A stretch of 64,000 bases of DNA from positions 1-64,000 of IMG/VR virus record IMGVR_UViG_3300032050_000004. The stretch is one strand, 5' to 3'. Each line of letters begins with the position of its first letter. The stretch's first letter is position 1. The notes under the pieces are model-generated. The model worked only from the letters and a program-made list of their open reading frames with translations, made no database searches and had not been told where the DNA came from. Positions 19,846-28,610 of the stretch are shown piece after piece. Position numbers and translations under genes: made by a program.

Positions 19846-19940
19846 TCCTGCTGTCCTCCTGTATCCGCCGCAGGTTACTGGCTGTTTACAGTAGGTATTT
19901 ATAAACAGATATACGAATACTAATTACTTATTTACATTTT
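19846..19940. repeat. Phased intergenic element copy K (left half plus arm only)
   Basis: CWG-rich arm 19848-19891; AGATATACGA 19907; TTTACATTTT 19931. Confidence 0.8.
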
Positions 19941-19946
19941 GTCTAA

Positions 19947-20028
19947 TAATTAGTACCCTTATTTTATGCTATTAAAGGGGTATATAAAGCCATATAATAA
20001 ATACCCTATTGTATAAGGGTGCTAATTA
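19947..20028. repeat. 16-bp inverted repeat with nested inner inverted repeat
   Basis: TAATTAGTACCCTTAT (19947-19962) versus ATAAGGGTGCTAATTA (20013-20028), one mismatch; inner AAGGGGTAT/ATACCCT. Confidence 0.7.
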
Positions 20029-20195
20029 AGGTTGCTATTTAACCACCCTCGTATCAAAAATTAACCGCTAAATTGCCCCCTTGCGGATGCCGGAGCTACT
20101 AAATTCATGTTTTTTCACCCATTTTTTCCAGAAACTATTTCAACCAATAACTTATTGATAATCAAATAGTTATAAAAAACCTTTCAAAAACTTTA

Positions 20196-20460
20196 AGACC
20201 CCTTTTCAAAAAAATTTTCCGCCCAAAAAAATTTCGTCAAATTCCAAACCAAGAAACCCCTCAAAAATTTTTTCCTAGAAATTTTACTTCAAAAAAAGGA
20301 TCAACCAACAAAAGTTTAAATTTATTTAAATAAAAGTACTCATAGTACCAGAATCAAGAAAAATATAAACTGGTCAAATCCCAATCAAAACTTCAAATCC
20401 AAAAGTGGCTCAAAAATTTTTTTACCCAAAATTTTGTCTGAAAATGGGATCAACCAACGG
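20196..20460. repeat. Imperfect ~50-bp A/T-tract repeats (3 copies here, a 4th at ~24205-24258)
   Basis: Consensus CAAAAATTTTTTCCTAGAAATTTT.(G)TC.AAAAAAGG.TCAACCAA at ~20261, ~20410 and ~24211; weaker copy at ~20205. Confidence 0.7.
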
Positions 20461-21334
20461 CAGACAATAAAGAATTTTTATATATTGTTATCAAAGAGGC
20501 AATTGTAACATCGTGTAATACTCTTTGGTCTTTATTATAATATTTTTTATTATGGAACAATTTTAATTTAGTCTGGTCATAATTTTCTCTACAAAAGACT
20601 TGCCATTTTATTTTTTCAATATATTTTTCTCTTTGAGCAACAGTCATTTTCTTTTTGGAACGTTCCAGATAATTATTAATATATTCTGGGCTAAGTCTTT
20701 GCATGGTGTATGTATTTGCCCATATTAAATATCTAAAATCTAGCTCTGCTATTTCTTCGCATTTTTTACCTGCATATTTTCCTTCTAACATAACGTTTCC
20801 ATCCTTAAATTCAAAAATATCAAATGGAAATAATTCAGATTCGCTTGTTGGTATTTGTTTAAAATCATAAAAATAAATTCTTGGTAATCTACCGGAAAAT
20901 ATAGTCAGTTTAAAAATTTCGTAAATAATTTCTGAAGTGGTATAACCACATAATTTATCATTTTCTTGTTCAAAAAATTCATTATAATAAACATAATTAA
21001 TAAATGGACAACCTTTGTGAAATTTCAAACTAAATTTAGACGTATAGTTATAAATTCCCAAATTTTTAAAAAGATCAATTATAAATTGGTTTTTTTCTAC
21101 ACCTTTACTTACTTCATCAAAAAGAACTCCCATATCGAATCTGAGTCTATTTTTATCTCTTTTATCCTCATAATATTGATCATCGTCCATAAATTCATCA
21201 GTTGTCATAATTTGATAAGGAGCATTATTTTTGGTCAAGACTTCACGGATATAGTTTAATATATCTTCTTCTTTCATTTTAGACAGTTGATATGCTTCAT
21301 CATTAATAAAATAAAATTTTTCAGGATATTCCAT
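20450..21334 (-). CDS. Hypothetical protein with a GKY.GK..E+...D.RYL.W (DUF3820/ExoX C-terminal-like) motif
   Basis: EGKYAGKKCEEIAELDFRYLIW. Confidence 0.4.
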   Translation of the reverse strand: MEYPEKFYFINDEAYQLSKMKEEDILNYIREVLTKNNAPYQIMTTDEFMDDDQYYEDKRDKNRLRFDMGVLFDEVSKGVEKNQFIIDLFKNLGIYNYTSKFSLKFHKGCPFINYVYYNEFFEQENDKLCGYTTSEIIYEIFKLTIFSGRLPRIYFYDFKQIPTSESELFPFDIFEFKDGNVMLEGKYAGKKCEEIAELDFRYLIWANTYTMQRLSPEYINNYLERSKKKMTVAQREKYIEKIKWQVFCRENYDQTKLKLFHNKKYYNKDQRVLHDVTIASLITIYKNSLLSAVG

Positions 21335-21957
21335 TTTGTTTAAAATTAACTGGTTTTAATTGAATTATTTATTTGATTATGTTTATAAGCTTTATCAAAC
21401 AGCCCTTCAATTATTTCTTCATATTCAGGGGATTCAAATTCCGGAATGGTAATAAAACTTTCAAAATCATTTTTATTTAACCAATCTAATTTTTCTGTAT
21501 CAATTTGACCGAGTCCAACAGGACCTAATGCCATTTCAAAATACATTTTGCTACCATTGAAAGACATTTCATCAAATGTGGAATTGGAAAGCCACAATTC
21601 TAATCTTTTTTCTAATTCTTTTTTAATTTGATTTTTTCTTTTTTTTGTCATTTTTTTTTATTTTTTATAAATTATTTAATTTTTCTTTTCTTTTTCCACT
21701 TTTTCAATTTAGGACAATTAAGATCAAGTGTTTGAATTTTGGATTTATAAACTTTTTTTGATTTAGGAATAGAAGATTTCATAGAATTAAGATTTCTATC
21801 AAAATCAGCTTCTAATTTGGTTTTTGACTTTCCTTTCCTATCTCCAATTTTATCAAGAGGGATAATGGATTCGTATATTTTACTTATCATGGTTTTACAA
21901 ATATAATAAAAACTTCATTTCTCTGGAATTTGACCTTTCTTTTTATTATTTTTAAAT

Positions 21958-24177
21958 ATGAAAAAAAGTAAAAAACCGAATGGTTATTGGACTAAGGAAA
22001 GGTGTCATCAAGAAGCTTTAAAATATAATAGCATAAGTGATTTACAGAAGGCAAATGGAAGTGTTTGCCTTATAGCTCGCAAAAATGGTTTCATGGAGGA
22101 AATATGTAGCCACATGGAAAGGCTAATAAAACCTAATGGATATTGGAACAAGGAGAGGTGTCATGAAGTGGCCCTAAAATATGAGAGCAGGGTTGAATTC
22201 CAAAAAAAAGACCATAGTGTTTACCAAGCGGCCAGAAGAAAAGGTTTTCTTGATGATATATGTGGACACATGGAAAAATTAGTTAAACCTAATGGATATT
22301 GGACACAAGAAAAATGTCACGAAGAAGCATTAAAATATAATAGAATAGTAGATTTTCAAAGAGGATCCTCATCGGCCTATCATGCTGCTTTAAAAAAAGG
22401 ATTTTTAGATAAAATATGTGGTCATATAAATTATGTATGTACCCCACATAAAAAGGTTGATTATGAACATCATAAAAAAATTGCTCTAAATTATAATAAT
22501 AGGCGTGATCTTAATAAGAACCATCCTTCTATTTATCAAATGATAATAAAAAGGGGATGGAAAGAACTTTTAGACCACATGGAATATATTTTTTTACCTA
22601 ATGGATATTGGACAAAAGAGAAAATTAGTGAGATTGCATTGAAATATGATAACTTCAAGGATTTTAAAAAAAATGATTTAAGGGCTTATGAGGCTATGTG
22701 TAAAAAAGGTTGGAAGGAGGAGTTGTGTCAACATTTCAAAGAAAATCCAAATGATTGGACAAAAAAAGAAAACTGTATAAGAGTTGCTTTAGAGTGCATA
22801 ACAAGAAGTGAATTATATAAAAAATTTCCCGGTGCATATCATTCAGCATTAAAAAATTGTTGGTTAGATGAAATATGTCAACACATGGGTCCCAAATCTT
22901 CATTAAATTATAGATATATATATGCATTTGAATTTGATGATAATCACGTATATGTTGGGTTGACGCATAACATGAACAAAAGATTATTAGATCACATTTC
23001 TGGAAAAAACTCCAAAAAATCTCAAGCGAATAAGCACTGGGAAAAAACAGAGTCTTGTTTTGAATTTAAACTAGTATACCCTGAAAGCTTTGATATGAAT
23101 GAAGCAGGATTGAAAGAAAATGAGGCTATAGAATTTTACAAAAAAAATAATTGGATTATTTTAAACAAAGCAAAAGCCGGTGGTTTGGGGGGGATGAAAG
23201 AAATCAATACTGAAAAGAATTTTTTAAAGATAGCATCAAAATACAAAACTTATTCAGAATTAAAAAGTAAAATTACCTCCCATTTTTTAACTAAGGCTAT
23301 AAAAAATGGATGGTTAGAAAAAACAGGTCTTATAGATGATAGAGTTAGAAAGTGGAATAAAGAGGATGCTTTTGAAGTTGCAAAAACCTGTAAAAACATT
23401 GCTGATTTACAAAAAAAATATAATGGTTTGTATAAGTATCTTAAAAAAGAGAATTTTTTAGAGGAAGCAATGTCACACAAAGTCATTAGAGTACCTTATT
23501 CGCAGAAATATACTCTTGAACAATGCACCGAAACTTGTGCTAAATTTAACAGTAAAAATGAATTTCGTAAAGCTGAATATGAAATGTATGAATGTTGTAG
23601 ATCAAACAAATGGCTTAAACTTATCAAAACTAAGATCGAAATAGAAAATAAATTGAATTATAAACCAAAATTGGCAATTAAAATAAATAAAAAAATAGAA
23701 TCTTATGATTTTGAGAATATAATAGAAATCGCTAAAAGTTATAATAAAAGATCAGATTTCAAAAATGATTATCCGGATATATTCAAAAAAGTAATTAAAA
23801 GTTGTCATAGAAATTTAAGAAAACAAATAATTGGTCATATGAAAAACGACTTGGATGGAAGAAGTAAGAAAAAATCAATCTGGACTTACGAAAAATGCTT
23901 GGAAGAGTCCAAAAAATACGATAGCAGGTGGGCTTTCCGGAAAGGCAGCAAGACCGCTTATGAACAATCAATTAAGAATGGTTGGGTTGCCGAATTTTTT
24001 CCTGAAATCAAGAAAAACAAATCCAAATGGACCTACGAAAGGTGTTTTGAGGAATCCAAGAAATACAAGACGAGAATCGAATTCATAAAGAGAAGCAAGA
24101 CTGCATATGTTAATGCATTCAAAAACGGATGGATTGACGACTTCATTCCCTCTTTAAGGAAACTAAAAGCAAAATAA
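21958..24177 (+). mobile_element. Free-standing GIY-YIG homing-endonuclease-like gene with 12 tandem helical repeats
   Basis: Central YIYAFEFDDNHVYVGLTHNMNKRLLDH; six W(T/N)KE.C...A.KY....F......Y..A...GW repeats on each side. Confidence 0.8.
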
Positions 24178-24261
24178 AGCTAATAAAAAATCCCAAAACC
24201 CAAAAAGCCCCGAAAATTTTTTCCTAGAATTTTTTTGTCAAAAAAAGGTTCAACCAATTAA

Positions 24262-24699
24262 TTACAACCCATCAACAAAGTATTCAATTTCAAAATCAAT
24301 ACCCAAATGATCAAATTTACCGATTTCCTTATCATTGAGTATATCTTGCATTATATCATCAAAAAGACCTGTGTATTCTGAGTTTACCCTGTCTTTTTCC
24401 TGTTGCGTGGAGTTTGTTTTTTTAGGACCTTCAAGTTGTAATTTAAAGAAAACATTAATATTATTAGAAAAATGAACTTGAGTGGTGATGGACGTACCAA
24501 CACCATTTAGATATTCATTTACAAATCGGTCTTCAGATCTTTTTTTAACAATTCTATTAAATCCCTGCTTTAGTATCTCATCTCCGATTGATTTAGAAAT
24601 AGAAGCTGCTGCCATTTCCAAGTTCTCATTTTCGGAAAATGCATTTTCATTTAAATGTTTCCTGATGGTGTTTTTAATAAATTGTCTTAAATTTCTCAT
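24262..24699 (-). CDS. Tagged hypothetical protein (MRNLRQFIKNTIRKHLNE)
   Basis: Shared N-terminal tag; ATAAATA on + at 24704. Confidence 0.6.
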   Translation of the reverse strand: MRNLRQFIKNTIRKHLNENAFSENENLEMAAASISKSIGDEILKQGFNRIVKKRSEDRFVNEYLNGVGTSITTQVHFSNNINVFFKLQLEGPKKTNSTQQEKDRVNSEYTGLFDDIMQDILNDKEIGKFDHLGIDFEIEYFVDGL

Positions 24700-24755
24700 G
24701 GTTATAAATAGTAAGGAATTTGACAAAATAAAAAAACCCACGTTTTTGGCGTGGT

Positions 24756-25886
24756 TTAAACTTCTCCGTATTCTATATTGCCCAATCTATTTAGCCAACC
24801 TTTACCATGAACGGCAAAAGTATCAGAGGATTTATATCTGATGGCTCTTTGTTTTTTTATTTGTTTGAATAATTCTTCTTGGTTTTGTTTATTGGCTATT
24901 TTGATCCAGATAACAGAAAAGGGATCATCAGCCGAAGAAATATCAACCCCCATATTCATTAGGGCATTTCTAAGGGATTCTTTGGTTCCGGAAGAACCTT
25001 GGTTTACGCAACCATCATATAAAATATTAGCTATGGACTGATTTGAAAAATGATGAAGGTTGTTTTGATCCCAATAATCTTTCTTATAGATTTTCAATGC
25101 ACTGTCATAGGACAGGTTTCTCATATCTTCTGCTTTTGGCAATCTACCAAGGTATTTTGCTAAAATAGGAGCTGAGATACCATATTTGGTTCCGACAAAT
25201 CTTTTACCATAACCTTTAATATTGATCCAGTTTCCTTTATCTTTTCTATCACCTGAATAACCAGCTTCATATATTTTAACATGTTTTTGGGCTTCATTGA
25301 AAGAGGATCTTCTTGTAGATGTTGGTAAAATTCCACTTTTTTCTTTAGTATCTTGGGGTTCTTGTATTTGTTCTTGATCTTGGTTTTGGACAACTTGAAC
25401 AAATTCCTTTGCCATAACCGGATCAATTTTGTTTTGAGGAGATCCAACCAAAGTAGAAAGAGAAGCTACACCCAAAAACACTGCAGCAGTAGAGATTATA
25501 ATTTTCCTTCTAATTTCTTTAGGAAGGTTTTTAATCTTCTCTAAGAACTTATAAAAATACTCTTGGACTTTTTCTTTAGGTAGTTTATCAACGAAGGATT
25601 TAATTTTCTTTGCTAGTTCGTCTGCAAAAGTTTCTTTTGAGGATGCTCCGGACAAATCCCATTGAAAAGTCAAAGGTAATTCATCTGGAGTGCCCTTTTT
25701 AATTTCTGGATCCCATTCATAGGTATTTGGACTTGTCCATTTACCATTTTCTTTAAGGAGGGAATATAAACCGTCAAATATCTGGTTAAATTCTCTTTCC
25801 AGCATTAAACTCTGAAAATCCTTATCCATAGAGATTATATTTTCTCTGATAAGGGATCTTAGTTTATATTCAGAATTTTTTTTCAT
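24756..25886 (-). CDS. Glycoside hydrolase family 108 lysozyme with tagged N-terminal extension and one TM helix
   Basis: EAGYSGDRKDKG, GTKYGIS, IYKKDYWD, LYDGCVNQG, C-terminal GKGWLNRL; likely start is MKKNSEYKLRSLIRE. Confidence 0.85.
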   Translation of the reverse strand: MKKNSEYKLRSLIRENIISMDKDFQSLMLEREFNQIFDGLYSLLKENGKWTSPNTYEWDPEIKKGTPDELPLTFQWDLSGASSKETFADELAKKIKSFVDKLPKEKVQEYFYKFLEKIKNLPKEIRRKIIISTAAVFLGVASLSTLVGSPQNKIDPVMAKEFVQVVQNQDQEQIQEPQDTKEKSGILPTSTRRSSFNEAQKHVKIYEAGYSGDRKDKGNWINIKGYGKRFVGTKYGISAPILAKYLGRLPKAEDMRNLSYDSALKIYKKDYWDQNNLHHFSNQSIANILYDGCVNQGSSGTKESLRNALMNMGVDISSADDPFSVIWIKIANKQNQEELFKQIKKQRAIRYKSSDTFAVHGKGWLNRLGNIEYGEV

Positions 25887-26017
25887 AGTCTCAAATAAAT
25901 AGGATAAAAAACCTTTAAAAAAAAACAAATTTTCATAGAAAAAAAACACAAGATACAATAAAAAAAATTATATTTATTATATAGACAAAACAATTTTCCA
26001 AACACTATAATTTAAAA

Positions 26018-27442
26018 ATGAATAATAATGCAGAGAGCAGGTTAAATGATCTTGAGAGTTTTTTAAGTGAATCAGCGATAATTTCAAAAGCAGATTCAAA
26101 GGGCAAGATAACTTATGTAAATAAAAGGTTTGAAGAAGTTTCTGGATGGAAGCTTGAAGAGGTATTGGGCAAGGACCACAATATTGTAAATTCCGGAAAG
26201 CATCCAAAAGAATTTTGGTCGGAGATGTATAGGGTTGTTACAAAAGAAAAAAAGGTTTGGAATGCAGTATGCACCAATATTTCAAAAAGCGGTGAATTAT
26301 ATTACGTTGATACGTTCATAAAAGGGAGTTTTGATACTGAGGGTAATTTGACTGAATTCATGTCTATTAGACAAGATGTTACAGACCTTAAGAAAAAGGA
26401 ACTAGAAATTCACAATAGAATGAGTGCAATAAATAAATCTAACGCAGTTATTGAGTTTGATTTAGAGGGTAAAATTATTTTTGCCAATAATTTATTTATA
26501 GAAACTATGGGATATTCTTCACAGGATGAAATAATTGGGAAGCATCACAGAATTTTTATAGACGATGAATACGCAAAAAGTGATGATTATTTTCTTTTTT
26601 GGAAAAAGTTAAGAGATGGTATATTTTTTTCTGGTGAAATTTCTAGAATTCGAAAAAATGGGTCTTTAATATATTTACAGGCCACTTACAATCCGATTAT
26701 TGATGTAGACGGTAAGATTTATCGTATTATGAAAATTGCCATTGACATTACTAATTCATATGAGCAAAAGAAAGAAATCGAAAAGAAAAACACTTATTTA
26801 GAACATGCAGCAAAAATATTGAGACATGATATGCATTCTGGTATCAATACTTATATGCCAAGAGGTTTAAGTTCTTTAGAAAGGAGATTAAAACCTGAAG
26901 ATATTATATCATTAAAAATTGAGGCACCAATTAAAATGATTAAAGAAGGTTTAAAACATTCTCAAAAAGTATATAAAGGTGTTTATGAATTTACAAATTT
27001 AGTTAAAAAAGATGTTGTTTTAAACAAATCGGAATGTGATTTAAAAAATATATTATCTGATTACTTATCATCAACAGCCTATAGTAGCCAAGTTATTATT
27101 GATAGTTTACCAACCATTGAAGTTAACGAAGCTTTATTTTGTACTGCAGTTGACAACTTGATTAGAAATGGTTTAAAATATAATGATTCGGATACTAAGT
27201 TTGTTAAAATATATTCAGAGGGAAATTATATTTATATACAAGATAATGGTAGGGGAATCACACAAGAAGATTTTGATCACTTATCTAAACCATATATCAG
27301 AAAAGAAGGGCAAAAAGAATCTGGTACTGGTTTAGGGTTAAATATTTGTGTTGCAATTTTAGAGGAACACGGATTTGTTATTACCTGTGAGAAAAATGAA
27401 ATAGGAACAAAAATGAAAATAAAAACAAAACAAACAAAATAA
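26018..27442 (+). CDS. PAS-PAS sensor histidine kinase
   Basis: Two PAS/PAC domains; H-box ILRHDMHS; N-box DNLIRNGLKY; G1 DNGRGI; G2 GTGLGL. Confidence 0.92.
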   Translation: MNNNAESRLNDLESFLSESAIISKADSKGKITYVNKRFEEVSGWKLEEVLGKDHNIVNSGKHPKEFWSEMYRVVTKEKKVWNAVCTNISKSGELYYVDTFIKGSFDTEGNLTEFMSIRQDVTDLKKKELEIHNRMSAINKSNAVIEFDLEGKIIFANNLFIETMGYSSQDEIIGKHHRIFIDDEYAKSDDYFLFWKKLRDGIFFSGEISRIRKNGSLIYLQATYNPIIDVDGKIYRIMKIAIDITNSYEQKKEIEKKNTYLEHAAKILRHDMHSGINTYMPRGLSSLERRLKPEDIISLKIEAPIKMIKEGLKHSQKVYKGVYEFTNLVKKDVVLNKSECDLKNILSDYLSSTAYSSQVIIDSLPTIEVNEALFCTAVDNLIRNGLKYNDSDTKFVKIYSEGNYIYIQDNGRGITQEDFDHLSKPYIRKEGQKESGTGLGLNICVAILEEHGFVITCEKNEIGTKMKIKTKQTK

Positions 27443-27455
27443 AAAAAACAAAAAA

Positions 27456-27893
27456 ATGATAGAATCAATTTTATTAGTAGATGATGAGGATTTATTCCAC
27501 TTAGTATTTGAGGACGCTTGTTCATTACTTGATATAAGTTTGTCTTTAAACTCATTAAATAGTTCTGACGAAGCTGCTAAACTATTTCAAAAATGGTTTC
27601 AAAGTGGTAATGATAATAATAAGCCTGAATGCGTATTTGTTGACTTAAACATAATTGGTAGTTCTTTTGATGGTATTGAGTTAATTAGAAAAATTAATTT
27701 TGAATATGGCAATAACGTAGTTGTAGGTATTATTTCATCATCAAATGAACCGGAAGAACAAGCAAAAGCAGTTCAGGCTGGTGCTCAATTTTGGATTATT
27801 AAATCTGACGATATTGAGCCACGTTTAGATGAGTTCAGAAAAGATTTTGAAGGTTATAAAAAAAGAACCTTACCATTTAAAGTTTATAAATGA
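27456..27893 (+). CDS. Stand-alone response regulator receiver (CheY-like)
   Basis: LLVDDED; phosphoacceptor VFVDLN; ISSS; conserved K in WIIK; no output domain. Confidence 0.9.
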   Translation: MIESILLVDDEDLFHLVFEDACSLLDISLSLNSLNSSDEAAKLFQKWFQSGNDNNKPECVFVDLNIIGSSFDGIELIRKINFEYGNNVVVGIISSSNEPEEQAKAVQAGAQFWIIKSDDIEPRLDEFRKDFEGYKKRTLPFKVYK

Positions 27894-28564
27894 TAAGATT
27901 AAACCAAAATAGTGAAGATGAGTTAATTAGAATTCTTGATTCCAAAAGTATTGGACTTGAGGGGAATATTATTAAATTATTTGAAACTGATAATGATGAA
28001 TTTAAGTCGTACTTAACTAGGTGTGTAGAAAAGGATAAAGAATCAAGACGTAAAAGATTAGAGATAACAAAAAAAGTTCAAATACAAAATAATGAGTTAT
28101 CTAATTTAAATCTAGAAAATCAAAAAATGTTAGAAAATCTTCAGTCAACATTAAAAGAAGCTGAAGAACAAAAAATAAAAATTAAAGCACAAAACGAAGA
28201 GTTAATTGAATGGAGGGTAGAAAACGAAAAAATTCAACAGGATCTACAGAAGGAAATGATTAAATCTGAAAATGCAAGAATCCAAGCAGAAGAAGCGAAG
28301 AAAAACGCAATAAATGATTTAGATATACTCCAAAAAAGAAACCAAACAGAACTTATTTCCACAATCGTTAAATTTTCCTTATGCATCATTGTTGGTGTTG
28401 GCATTTTTACTACAGGGGTATATATCTTTACTGTTATACAGGGCAAGGATACTCAAATTATAGGTGCCGTTTGGTCAAATACATTTGGGATTCTTTTAAC
28501 CAATGCTTTTTCTATTGTTGGAACCATCATGGGTGTTAAATATGCTTTGGAAAAAAAAGATTAA
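27890..28564 (+). CDS. Coiled-coil protein with two C-terminal TM helices, translationally coupled to the receiver
   Basis: ATGA overlap; heptad-rich E/K/Q core; two hydrophobic segments. Confidence 0.7.
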   Translation: MIRLNQNSEDELIRILDSKSIGLEGNIIKLFETDNDEFKSYLTRCVEKDKESRRKRLEITKKVQIQNNELSNLNLENQKMLENLQSTLKEAEEQKIKIKAQNEELIEWRVENEKIQQDLQKEMIKSENARIQAEEAKKNAINDLDILQKRNQTELISTIVKFSLCIIVGVGIFTTGVYIFTVIQGKDTQIIGAVWSNTFGILLTNAFSIVGTIMGVKYALEKKD

Positions 28565-28610
28565 AGTATAAAAAAATAGAAATTTGGTTGGCGGGGCTTC
28601 GCCTTTTATT

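Noticed and set aside
1337-19940. Phased elements as a CRISPR array or integron attC cassette sites
   Set aside because: Copies are kilobases apart rather than in a repeat-spacer array, and no cas or integrase gene is in the window. The 8-54 bp variable central spacer does not fit a recombinase core, and no GTTRRRY ends were seen.
26018-27442. Methyl-accepting chemotaxis protein (BdlA/Aer)
   Set aside because: The PAS domains are similar, but the C-terminus is a HisKA/HATPase kinase, not an MCP signalling hairpin.
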